DNA of 64,000 bases, taken from Camelus ferus. Taxonomy: Eukaryota. The notes under the pieces are model-generated. The model worked only from the letters and a program-made list of their open reading frames with translations. It made no database searches and was not told where the DNA came from. Position 1 is the stretch's first letter; every line of letters begins with the position of its first letter. The position numbers and the translations under genes were made by a program. This document shows, in pieces, positions 38,761 through 51,660 of the stretch. The stretch is from NCBI RefSeq assembly GCF_009834535.1, contig NC_045697.1, positions 105,464,001 to 105,528,000 of the forward strand, read 5' to 3'.

Positions 38761-39566
38761 TCATAGTCAACCCTTATTTGTAGTTTTGCTTTCCAAGGTT
38801 TTAGTTACTCATGGTCAACCAAGGTCTGAAAATATTAAACAAAAAATTTCAGAAATAAACAATTCATAAATTTTATATTGCACGCCATTCTGAGTACTAT
38901 AATGAAATCTTACACCATCCCGCCTGAGATGTGAGTCATCCTTTTGCCCAGTGTATCCACATTGCATATGCTACCTGCCCATTAGTCACTTAGTAGCTGT
39001 CTTGGTTATAAGGTCTACTGTGGTGGTATTGCAGTGCTTGTGTTCAAGTTATCCTTACTTTACTTAATAATGGCCCCTAAGTGCAAAAGCAGTCATGCTT
39101 GAAATTTGAATATTCTCTCACTGTGCCTAATTGTTAAACTAAACTGTATCACAGATATGCACATATAGGAAAAAACATAGTGTATACAGGCATATCTTGT
39201 TTTATTGTGCTTTGCGGATACTGTGCTTTTTACAAATTGAAGGTTTGTGGCAACTCTGTGTTGTCAGATGATGGTTAGTGTTTTTTAACAATAAAGTATT
39301 TTTAAATTAAGGTACATACATTTTTTAGACATAATAATATTGCGTACTTAATAGACTACAGTATAGTGTAAACATAACTCTTATATGTACTGGGAAACCA
39401 GAAACTTTGTGACTCTTTACTGTGATATTCACTTTATTGTAGTGGTCTGGAACTGAACCTGTAACAGCTCCAAGGTATGCCTGTGCAGGGTTTGGTACTA
39501 TTTATGGTTTCAGGTATCCATTGGGGGTCTTGAACCATAATGCCTGTAGATAAGGGGGGACTACTG
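38761..39566. mobile_element. MER44B-like (Tigger7-derived) MITE, split by Tigger1a
   Basis: TIRs TAGTCAACCCTTAT / ATAAGGGGGGACTACTG; inserted at TA in L1 AAGAATA-TA-CAATGGGG. Confidence 0.85.
39187..39483. mobile_element. Tigger1 internal-deletion MITE (Tigger1a_Art-like, ~300 bp)
   Basis: TIRs CAGGCATATCTTG / CAAGGTATGCCTG; TTTTACAAATTGAAGGTTTGTGGCAAC fused to TCAGATGATGGTTAG. Confidence 0.88.
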
Positions 39567-42500
39567 TACAATGGGGAAATGGCAGTATCTTCAATAAATG
39601 GTGCTGGGAAAACTGGACAGCCACATGCAAAAGAATAAAACTGGAATATTATCTTACACTATAAATAATAATTAACTCAAAATGTGTTACAGAATTAAGC
39701 ATAAGACCTGAAATCATAAAATTCCTAGAAGAAAACATACACTGTAAGCTCCCTGATATCAGTCTTGGCAGCAATTTTTTTGGTCTTGACATCAAAAGCA
39801 AAGGCAACAAAAATAAAAGAAAACAAGTGGGACTACATCAAACTAAAAAGCTTTGGGCACAGCAAAGAAAACCATCAACAAAATGAAAAGGCAATCTAGG
39901 AAATGGGAGAAAATATATGCAAATCATATATCTGATAAGGGAATAATATCCAAAGTGTATAAAGAACTAAAATAATTCAGCAGCAAGAAACCAAACAATT
40001 AAAAAATGAGCAGAGGGTCTAAATAGACATCTTCCTAAAGAAGACATACAGAGGCCAATAGGTATATGAAAGGTACTCAACATCACTAATCATCAGGGAA
40101 ATGTGAATAAAAACCAGAATGAGATTTTATCTCACACCTCTTAGAATAAATATTTTAAAAAAGATAAGAAATAACAAGTGTTGGAGAGGCTGTGGAGAAA
40201 AGGCAACCTTGTGTATTGTTGGTAGGAATGTAAATTGGTATAGCCACTATGGAACACAGTATGGTAGTTTCTCAAAAAATTAAAAATAGAGCTACTGTAT
40301 GATCCAGCAATTCCATTTCTGGGAACGTATCCAAAGAAAACAAAAACACTAACTGGAAAAGATATCTACACCCCCATTGAAGCTTTATTTATAAAAGCTA
40401 AGATATCAAAGCAAACTAAGTATTCATTGATGGTTGAAAGGGTAAAGAAGTTGTGAGATACACACACACACACACATATATACATACACACACACGGTGA
40501 AAAGTATATATATATATATACATACATAGCAATATTATTCAGCCATAAAAAGAATGAAATATTGCCATTTGCAACAACATAAATGGATCTTGAGTGTATT
40601 ATGCTAAGTGAAATAAGTCAGATACAGAAGAACATACTGTATAGTCTTACTTCTGTGTGGAACCTAAAAACAAACAAACCAAATTCATAGAGAGAACAAA
40701 TTGGTGATTGAGGAGTTGTCAAAATGAGTCAAGGTGGTTAAAAGGTGCAAAATTCCAGATATAATATAAATAAGTAATGGTGACTTAATGTACATGGTGA
40801 CTTAATATAAATAAGTCATGGTGACTTAAAATAAGAATTATGTATTGTATATATGAAAGTTGCTAAGATGGTAAATCTTAAATATTGTCATCATAAGCAA
40901 AAATTGTAAGTATAAGTGATAACAGATGGTAACTAGACTTATTGTAATTATTTTGCAATACATACAAATAGTGAATCATGATGTTGTATACATGAAACTA
41001 ACATGTTATATGTCACTTATATCTCAGTTAAAAGAAGATAGTAAAATAAAAATATTCTCAGACCAAAAAAAAAAAAAAAAAAAGCTGAGGAAACTTGTTG
41101 CTAGTACACAGTAAGAAATAGTAAATAAAGGCATTTAAGTTGGGTAAAAGCCATCTCAGAGAAGTGTACAGAGTAAATTTAAGGTAATCTCAGATGGAAG
41201 CAACGAAGTGAAAGGTAGCATGAAGAATACTAGAACTGTAAATGTGTAAATAAATATAAAAGAATATTAACTGTTTAATACAAAAATGATAATGTCTGTG
41301 GTGCTTATAGCACATCTAGAAATATCATAACAATAACACAAAAGATGGGAGGGGTTAAATATTATCACATTACTTCAATGTTCTTGTACCATTTGGGAAA
41401 TGCTAAAAGTATCAACTTAAGTAAGGCTATAATAAGTTAAGCATCCATATTTTAACTCTAGGGTAAACACTAAAAGAAAAAATACAAAATGTTATAACTA
41501 CATTCTAGTAAAATAGATAACAGAAAAATGTAAAAAGTAGTTGGTTGATACTATACAAGGCAGGAAAGGAGAAATAAAGGAAAAAAGCACCATTGGGATA
41601 AATAGAAAACAGCACTTAAATGAACAATGCCAAAACTTACATGAAATGTAAACAGTCAAAAACTCTAGTTCAAAGACAAAGATTATTAGACTGTATTTTA
41701 AGAAAATCAAGACTCAGTTGTATCCTATTTATGAGATAAACTTTAAATATAAGAACATGGCAGGCGGAAGGTGAAAGGATACAGAAATATGTAACATGAA
41801 ACACTAACTCACAGAAACTAGGGAGACTATATTCATACCAGAAAATGTAGGCTTTAAGGCAAAAAGTAGGTTTTATAATAAAAAGAAGAAGAAAATATAA
41901 TTCTAAAATTGTATGCAGATAGTAAGATAGTTTTAAGTTTCAGTAATCAAAAATTGGCAGAAATGGAGGAAGAAACAGACAAATTCACATAGTTTAAGAT
42001 TAAACAAGTGGAAAAAATTAGTAAAGATACATAAAATTTAAACAGCATGATTAGCCAGCCTTGCATAATTGAGTAAGAAAGAGCACACCAACTTTTCAAG
42101 TGGCCGTGGAACATTGAACAAAAATTAGTGTACGCTGAGTCATGAAAAAATTCTTAAGAAATATCAAAGGATTGAAAATATAACAAAATATGTTCTCCTA
42201 CCAGATTGGAAGTAAGCTAGAAATCAATAGAAGAAATATAGCTAAAAATCTCCCAAAATTAAGAAAGTTCAAATTTCAAAGCAATACATTTCAATATATT
42301 TCATTGTGCCAAATAGGAAAACCCAATTGAAATGATAAAATACTTTGAAATGAATAACAATGAAAATATGACATACTTGAACTTATAGGACACAGATAAA
42401 GCAGCTTTTAAAGGGAAGATTTTAGCTTTAAATGTATGTATTAGAAGAAAGAAGATTGAGAATCTAAAATCAAACTTTTATTTCAAGGTGCTAGAAAAAG

Positions 42501-42614
42501 AAATGTCAATTAAACACAAAGAAAGTGATAAGGAGGATATATGAATAGAAAAAGAAAACGAACTGAAGTGGAAAGCAAAGGTATGGTCTAGAGTATTGAC
42601 AAAGCCGAAAGCTG

Positions 42615-43196
42615 TATGATGATTAAAGTGTCAATTTAACTGGGCCACAGGATGCCCAGATACTTAGGTAAACTTAATTCTGTGTGTGTCTGTGAGTGAT
42701 GTTTTTAGATGAGATTAACATTTGAATCAGTAGATGGAATAAAGCAAATTGCCTTTCTCAGAGTTGGTGTGCCTTAAATTTTGTAAAAGCCTTGAAAGAA
42801 CAAAAAGGCTAAATAATACAGTATTCCTTCCCCCTCTCTCTGACAGTCTTCAAGCTGGGACATCCCACCTTCACACTTGGACTCAGACTGGACCTAACAT
42901 CATCAGTTCTTCTGCTTCTCAGTGTTTTGGACTCAGATTAGAACTATATCATCAGTTCTCCTTGGTCTCAAGATTGCTGACTGCAGATATTGGAACTTTC
43001 CAGCCTCTGTAATCATGGGAGTCAGTGCCTACTGTTTCTGTTTCTCTGGAGAACTCTGATTATATTTTGGTAACAAGAGTGGTTTTTCGTGGGATGCCAT
43101 GCAGCCTTTATAATCCAGTAAGTCAATTTCTTATAATAAATCTCTTCGTATTTTCCCTTATTGGTTCTGCATTTCTGGAGAACCCTGGTGAGAACA
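42615..43196 (+). mobile_element. MLT2 (ERVL) LTR + PBS + second partial LTR 3' end
   Basis: GTGTCAATTTAACTGGGCCACAGGATGCCCAGA start; CTGGAGAAC(T/C)CTG occurs twice; TSD AGCTG/AGTTG. Confidence 0.88.
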
Positions 43197-44554
43197 AGTT
43201 GCATCGTTGAATATTTCAGTAAAATTTCATTAACATCTAGCAAGATTGATCAAGAAATAAAAAGAAATAAAACAACAATTATTACTAGAAATAAAAAGTT
43301 TTTGTCATCACACATTTAGTAAATATGACATTAAATTAAAATATAAAAAAAGCATATTTTGTACAACTCTTTAAACAATAAATTAAAAACTTAAAATGAA
43401 ATGGAAACATACCTTGAAAAACATAACTTACCAAAACTGACATAAGAAGTAATTGAACTATATCAATCATTTTTATCTGTTAAAAGAAATTGAACCCTTC
43501 CCACAAAGAAAACTCCAAGAAGAGAATGGCCTCACTGGTGAATACTCCCAAACATTTAAAGAAAAAAAAATCAATCTAACATAAACTCTTTCAGAGATTT
43601 TAGAAAGAGATAACATTTGTTTTATGAGACCAACATAATCCCAAGACTTGAAAATAACACTAAAAAAAAAAAAAGGGTAGAATTAGAGGCTTGTATCTCT
43701 TATGAAAATAGATGTGAATTCTTAAACATAGGATTAGCAAATTGAATCCATTAAATGTGAAAAGGATAATAAATCATGACTGAGTAGTGAGGTTTGTTCA
43801 AGAAATGTCAGTTTATCATTAAAAAAATCAACCAATTAAAAAAACAATCTAATTCATCACATTAACAGAATGAAAAAAGTCATCTTAATACATATAGAAA
43901 AAAACATTTGGTAAGATTCAACCCATATTCATAATAAGAACTCACAGGAAACTGAATACAAAGGAGCATCCTTGACCTGATAAAAAGCATATGTAGAAAA
44001 TGTACACCTAAGCACATAATTAGTATTAAATATAGAATGCTTCCCCCTCATTGAGTTTGGGAAGAAGACAAGATAGCCATTAAGACCATTTCTACTCAGC
44101 ATTATTCTGGAAGTCATATCCAGGAAAAAAGAACAAGAGAAAGAAATTGAAGGGCAAATACTTGAAAGAAAGGGTTAAAACTATTGTTTTTTTTTTTTTT
44201 TGATGACATGAATATATATGTAAAAAACCTAAAAGTATCAACAAAATTCTAAATTTAATATTTGAATTTAGCAAGGCCTTTTGATGCAATATAAAATTAT
44301 TTATTACTTATTATAAAATATATATAAATGTACTTGTGTTTCTAATATATTTCTAGTAGTGGATAATAAACACTAAATAGCACCAAAAATCATAAAAGTC
44401 TTTGGAAATAAGTTAGCAATGTGAAACATGTGCAAGAGCTCTACGTTGGAAACTACAAAATATTTTTAAAGAAATTAAGGAAGATCTAAATAACTAGAAT
44501 AATATAGCATTCTCATGGAATGGATGACTCAATGTCTTGGAGATGTTAATTATT

Positions 44555-47500
44555 GGAGGAGATCAAGATGGCAGACTTGAAGGTTGCAGAACTCATCTAT
44601 CACCACAAATACATCAAAAATACGTCCACATGTAGAACAAGTCTCACTGAAAACTGGAGGCTGGCAGAACTACTTCAGCTATTGTATTCTTCAGTTCTAG
44701 AATAGACTAGTTATTTTTTACATCTTCTAGTTCCTTGTTAAAATTCTCACTGTGTCCATCTATTCTTTTCCCTAATTCACTTAGCATTCTTATTACTAAC
44801 TCTTTATCTGGCAAATTTTTTCTGTTTCAATGGTTGTTTTTTCAAGGGTTTTCTCTTTTCTTTCAATTGAGACCAATTCCTTTGTCTTCTTACTTTGCTT
44901 AACTCTGTCTCTATGAAATTAGGTGAGACAGTTATCTATTGCTGTCTTGAAGTGGTGTACTTATGTGGGAGCATTCCTTTGCAGCCTGTATGTGCCCAGT
45001 GGCTTTGAAAACAACTGGAAAACAAGTAACAAAATGATAATAATCGTATACTTATCAATAATTACTCTAAATGTCAGTGGACTAAATACACCAATCAAAA
45101 GACATAAGGTGGCTGATTGGATTAAAAATAAGTCCTACCTATATGCTGCTTATAGGAGACTCACTTCAGAGCTAAAGACACTCACAGTCCAAAAGTGAGG
45201 GGATGGCAAAAGATATTTCATGCAAATAGAAATGACAAGAAAGCAAGGGTAGCAATACTCATCAGACAAAAAAGGCTTTAAAATAAATCTATAACAAAAG
45301 ACAAAAAAGGGCATTATATAATGACAAAGGGGTCAATACCAGAAGAGGATATTACGATTATTAACATATATACACTCAATACAGTAGTACTTAATATATA
45401 AATAAAATATTAACAGACATAAAGAATGTTAACAGAATTGACAATAATACAATAATAATAGGGGAATTTAACACCCCAGTTTCATCAATGGACAGATCAT
45501 CCAGACAGAAAATCAATAAGGAAACAGTTGTCTTAAATGACACAACAGGCCAATTGGATGTAATAGCTATGGGACATTCCATCCCAAAACAGCAGAATAC
45601 ACATTCTTTTCAAGTGCACATGGAACGTTCTCCAGGATAGATTACATGCTAGGCCATAAAACAAGTCTTGAAACTGTTAAGAGGATAGGAATTATATCAA
45701 TCATTTTTTCCAACCACAGTGGTATGAAACTAGAAAATAATTAAAGAAAAGTGGGAAAAGCATGAACATGTGGAGAATAAACAACATGCTATGAAAAAAA
45801 CAATCGTCAACAATAAAATCAAAGAGGAAATCAGAAAATATCTTGAGACAAATAAAATGGAAACATAAATTTCCAAATCTCTGTGATGCAGCAAAAACAA
45901 TTCTAAGAGAGAAGTTTGTAGCAATACAGGCCAACCTAAAGAAACAAGAAAAATACAAATAAACAACCTAACCTACCATCTGAAGGAATTAGAAAAAAGA
46001 GGAATAAAGGCCAGTCAACAGAAGGAAGAATCTAATAAAGATAAGAGAGGAAATAAATAAAATAGAGACAAAAAATTAGAAAAGATCAATGAAATCAAGA
46101 GCTTTTTTTTTTTTTTTTTTTAAAGGTAAGCATAATTGATAAACCTTTAGTCAGGCTTACTAAGAAGAAAAGACAGGTGACACAACAAATAAAAAATAAA
46201 TGAAAGAGGAGAAATAACAAGTAATACAACAGAAACACAAAAAATCTTAAAAGAATACTATAAACAGTTATAGGCCAACAAATTGTACAACCTAGAATAA
46301 ATGAACAAATTTCTAGAATTATACAACCTTCCTAGACTGAATCAGGAAGAAGTAGACAATTTGAACAGACCAATCACTAGTAGTGAAATTGAATTTGTAA
46401 TAAAAACTCCCAGCAAACTAAAGTCTAGGACTGGATGGCTTCATAGGGGAATTCTAACAAACATATAGAGAAGAGCTAATACCTATCCTTAAACTATTCC
46501 AAAAAATTGAAGAGGATGAAAAACTTCCAAATTTATTTTATGAGGTCACCATTACCCTGATACCAAAACCAGACAAAGACACTATAAAAAATGAACATTA
46601 CAGGCCAATATCTCTGATGAGTATAGAAGCAAAAACCCTCAAAAATATTAGCAAACCAAATTCAACTATATATAAAAAGGATCATACACCACGATCATGT
46701 GGCATTTATTCCAGAGAATGCAAGGTTGATTCAACATTCAGAAATCAATCAGTGTGATACACCACATTAGCAAAAGAAAGGATAAAAAATGATCATCTCA
46801 GTAGATCCAGAAAAAGCAACTGACAAAACTCAACATCCACTCATGATAAAAACTCTCATAAAAGTGGGTATAGAGGGAACATATCTCAACATTATAAAGG
46901 CCATATATGACAAACCCACAGCTAACATCATACTCAACGGTAAAAAACTGAAAGCCTTTCCTCTAAAATAAGGAATAAGTCAAGGATGCCCACTCTCACC
47001 ACTCCCATTTAAAATAGTATTATAAAGTCCTAGTCACAGTATTTGGACTAAAAAAAGAAATAAAAGGTATTCACATTGGAAGGGAAGAAATAAAACTGTC
47101 ACTGTTTTCAGATCACATGATTCTGTATATATAGCAAACTCTAAAGTCTCCACCAAAATACTATTAGAGTAAATGTATTCAGCAAAGCTGCAGGATAAAA
47201 TATTAATATACATAAATCTGTTACTTTCCTATACACTAATGATGAACTATTAGAAAGAGAAAGCAAGAATACAATGCAGTTTAAAATCACTTCAAAAAGA
47301 ATAAAATACTTAATAAAATTTACCAAGGATGTAAAAGACCTATTCTCTGAAAACTATAAAAAAAAAATGGTGGAATTTGAAGATGATACAAAGAAATCGA
47401 AAAATATTTTACATTCTTGGATTAGAAGAATTAGTATTGTTAAAATGTCTATACTGCCCAAAGCAATCTACAGATTTAATGGAATTCCAATGAAAATACC

Positions 47501-48666
47501 CATGGCACTTTTTATAGAACTTGAATAAATAATGTAAAATTTGTATGGAACAAAATACCCCAAATTGCCAAAACAATCTTGATAAAAAAAGAACAAGTAC
47601 TGAGCTGTCACAATCCCTCATTTCAGACTATACTACAAAGCTATATTCATCAAAACAGTATGGTACTAGAAAAAAAAAGACACAAAGATTAAAGAAACAA
47701 AATAGCCCAGAAATAAACCCATACAGCTATTGTGAACTAATCTATGGCAAATGAGGCAAGAATATGCAATGGAGAAAAGACAGTCTCTTCAACAAGTGGT
47801 GCTGGGAAAATTTTACAGCTACATGTAGAACAATGAGACTAGAATATATTCTCACCTATACACAAAAATAAATTTAAAATAAATTAAAGACCTAAATGTA
47901 AGAATTGAAACCATAAAATTCCTAGATGTGAACTTAGGCAGAACACTCTTTGACATAAATCATAACAATATTTTTGATCTGTCTTCTAAGGCAAAAAAAA
48001 AAAAAGCAAAAATAAACAAATAGGAACTAATTAAACTTAAAAGCCTTTGCACAGCAAAGGAAACCATCAACAAAACAAAAAGAGAATATACTGAACTACT
48101 GAATGGGAGAAAATATTTGCAAATGATATGACTGATAAAGGGTTAATACCCAAAATATATAAATAGCTCATACAACTACACATCGCAAAAATATCCTCAT
48201 AAAAAATTGGGTAGGAGATCTAAATTGACATTTTTCAAAAGAAGACACATACATGACTAACAGGCACATGAAAAGATGTGACACATCATTAATCATTAGA
48301 GAAATGCAACTCAAAACCACAAAGAGATAACTCCTCACATCTGTCAGAATAGCTGTCATAAAAATCTATAAATAACAAATGTTGACCAGCATGTGGAGAA
48401 AAGAGAACCTTTGTATACTGTTGGTGTGAACGTAGATTAGTGCAGCCACTATGGAAAACAGTATGCAAGTTCCTCAAAAGACTAAAAATAGAACTACTAT
48501 ATGATTCAGCAATTCCACTCCTGAGTATACATCTGTCAAAAATGAAAACACTAATTCAGAAAGATACATGAACCTCAGGCTTCATAGCAGCATTATTTAC
48601 AATTGCCAAGATATGGAATAAATCTAAGTGTCCATCAAAAGATGATTGGATAAAGAAGGTATGATA

Positions 48667-48714
<48 letters not shown>

Positions 48715-49128
48715 AATATTATGCAGCCTTAAACATTAAATGAAATTCTGCCATTTGTAACAATGTGAATGGAGCTAGAGAGTCTTATGCTTAGTGAAAT
48801 AAGTCAGATAGAGAAAGACAAATACTCTATGTTATCACTTGTATGTGGAATCTAAAAAAGAAAAGAAATAAGTGTACATAACAAAACAGCAATAGACTTA
48901 TAGCTATAGTGAACAAACTAGTGGTTACCAGTGGGGAGAGGGAAGTTAGGAAAGGCAAGATGGGATTATGGGACACAAAGTACTATGTATAAAGTAGATA
49001 AGCAACAAGGATATATTATACAGCACAGAGGAATATAGGCATTGTTTCATAATAACATTTTATGGAGTATAATCTATAAAATTATTGAATTGCTTTGTTG
49101 TACATCTGAAAGTAATATAATATTATAT
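44555..49128 (+). mobile_element. Rearranged once-full-length L1: 5'UTR start, inverted 5'UTR/ORF1 piece, complete but disabled ORF2, 3'UTR
   Basis: GGAGGAGATCAAGATGGC start; ORF2 start YLSIITLNVSGLNTPIKRHKVADWIK; many stops and frameshifts. Confidence 0.9.
48671..48712. repeat. (CA)21 microsatellite
   Basis: Perfect dinucleotide run. Confidence 0.97.
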
Positions 49129-50423
49129 GGGCAATTTTTAAGAAATAAAGTTTAAGAATTCATGCATTACTAGAAACCAAGACTTACTAAAAAGCTAAAG
49201 TAATTAAGAGTGTGGTATTTCCCCAAGGATATAAATTTGCCCAACTGGAAAAAAAAATACAAAATGCAGAAATATCATACCCCTTAATGTTTATCTGATT
49301 TGCTACAAATGTTCCACTGCATTTCAGAGGGAAAAGATGTCTTAGGCATGATTGTGGAATAATTGGATATCTATATGGAAAAAATAAACTTTGAGTCTTT
49401 ACAAAATATTCTGTTCAAGGTGGATGAAAAATCTAAATATAAAAGGCAAAATAGTAAAGCTTCTTAAAAAATCAGGAGAATATTTTCATTATTTTAGGGC
49501 ATGCAGCTTTACTAAACAGAATACAAAAAAGCACTAACTATAAAATAAAAGACTGATAAATCAAATTCATTAATGTTAAGAACTTCTGTTTTTCAAAACA
49601 TCATTGAAAGAATGAAAAGGGTAGCCACATACTGAGAGAAGATATTCACAATACATACATCCAACAAAGGCTTGAATCCAGAATACACAAAGAGCCTTAC
49701 AGATTGTTAATTAAAAGACAACAATCTCTTTACAAAATGGACCAAAGATTTGAATAGGCACTTCATAAAATTGGCTCCATAAAACTCAACAAGAGCATGG
49801 AATAAAGCTCAACATCATTATTCATCAAGGAAATGCAAACTAAAAGCAAGTAAGACATCATTTCATGTACACCAGAATGGCCAAATTAAAAAGATTGTTA
49901 ATGAGGACCATATATGGACTAAAATAACACATATGGACTATGGGCGAGTGGAACTCACTTGTATTCTTGAAGAGAATGTAAATTAGTACAACCCCTGCAA
50001 TATCTAACCATGTATATACATCACGGCCCAGTAGTTCTCAACCTAGTGTATACCCAAGGGAAATGATTGTGTATTTCTACCAAAAGACACATAAAATAAT
50101 GTTTCTTTTAACAGCTTTATTCATAATAGCGTCAAAGTGAAATGATCTAAATTTTTATATAAGTTGTATAACACTCACATATAAAAAGCAATGAAAAGAT
50201 GGAACTACTTCTACCCCCTACAATATAATTGTTTCTCATACTTGTAATGTTGAGTAAAAAAGCAGAAAATAATGACTTTGTTCTATATTAACTATTTGCA
50301 TGAAATTCAAGAACAATAAAAATTAATCCTTCTGAGATGTTGTTATTATTTTGCATCTGGATCTGGGAAGTGTATGCTTATGCAAAAATCCATCCAGTTG
50401 TACACGTAAGACTTGTGCACTTT

Positions 50424-50527
50424 ATATGTTCATGTAAAACTGAAAAATTGTGCTGAACACTGGAATTTGATACAACATTGTAAAATGATTATAAATCAAT
50501 AAAAAATTTAAAAAAATAAATAAAAAA
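50424..50527 (+). mobile_element. Very short 5'-truncated camelid-type L1 3' tip with A-tail
   Basis: CTGAAAAATTGTGCTG...ACAACATTGTAAAATGATTATAAATCAATAAAAAA; TSD AAGACTTGTGCACTTT / AACACTTATGCACTTT. Confidence 0.8.
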
Positions 50528-51660
50528 AACACTTATGCACTTTACTATATGCATGCTATTACTCAATTTAAATGTTTAAAAAAGTAAACAGGAAATTCTC
50601 AGAAAAACTAATCCAAATGGCTAACAAAGGAAAATATGCTCAAAATTACAAATAAGGAAATGTATGTTAAAGTAACAACGAAACATCACTTTAGACATAT
50701 GAGACTACCAAAAAATTAAAAAGCAGGCAACACACTGTTGGTAGAAATGTGAATTATTATAATAGCTAGGAATGCAATCTGATAAGATCTATTAAAACTA
50801 AATATACATACACTTTTGACCAAAGATATCACTTCTGATAATCTCATAGGAATAAGAACTCTAGTACTTAGTTGATAATTATAAAAGTTGCAACATTGTT
50901 TATAGAGGATAAAAATGGAAACAAAGTTAATATTCAAGTAGAGTTGTTGATTTCAAAATTTTTGATGTATATACAATATACATCATACCATAGTAAACAA
51001 TAATTAAATGGGGCTAATTAGAACTATATAAGCTGACATGGAGGGATATGACTGAGAAATGGAAGATACAGAGACATGGATATATTTTTATTATATATCA
51101 AAAAAGGAGAAAAATTCATAAATACATGTTTGCATGAAATTGTATGTTTATGCATAATTGCACATATCTGTGTGTTATAAGAATATGGAAAAAAGGAAGA
51201 ATATACTAGATTTTTAAACATGGATAAGATGGTGAGATGGGTAATGGGGGTTTGGTGATGTTGACTAGGGAGGTAAGTAAAACAGGAAAAAATCAAACAA
51301 GTCCCATTGTATGTAGATAAGACTATATTTACACACTTAGGTCAAATTATGTATGCATGTGTGTATGTAAAAAGAAATTTAAAACTGGCATTTACTTATA
51401 AAAACTATAAAAAATTAAACCCATAATTATTTCACCTGATACATCATAAGTATTTTTATGTATTTATTAAATCTCTTGCTGTCATTGTCAGGTTATACAA
51501 TTGTATATTTTTTCCTTTTAATTTTTTTTGTAGACACTTTTTTTGTATCTCTGTGATCTTATGTTCCTACATTTAAATTGCTTCCTATTTCTTTCTAGAT
51601 AATATATCACAATTTACTCATTTTCTGAATGCTGAATCATTCATCTTTTAAAAATAGGAT

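Larger units (their letters stand above)
38123..41033 (+). mobile_element. L1MA9-like 5'-truncated L1, interrupted by MER44
   Basis: ORF2 motifs (ACAAGACAAGGATGC; ATCTGCAGATGAC) and L1MA9-type 3'UTR GAAAGTTGCTAAGA...ATCTCAGTTAAAA. Confidence 0.85.
41034..50585 (+). mobile_element. Old L1M body (ORF1 end, ORF2, 3'UTR) hosting MLT2, a rearranged L1 and a young L1 tip
   Basis: Colinear degenerate ORF2 motifs at 41700-44550, resuming at ~49130 through the 3'UTR. Confidence 0.7.

Noticed and set aside
40779..40830. Three ATGGTGACTTAA repeats with short spacers (array-like)
   Set aside because: Local slippage duplication in an L1 3'UTR; not a CRISPR-like array in this mammalian DNA.
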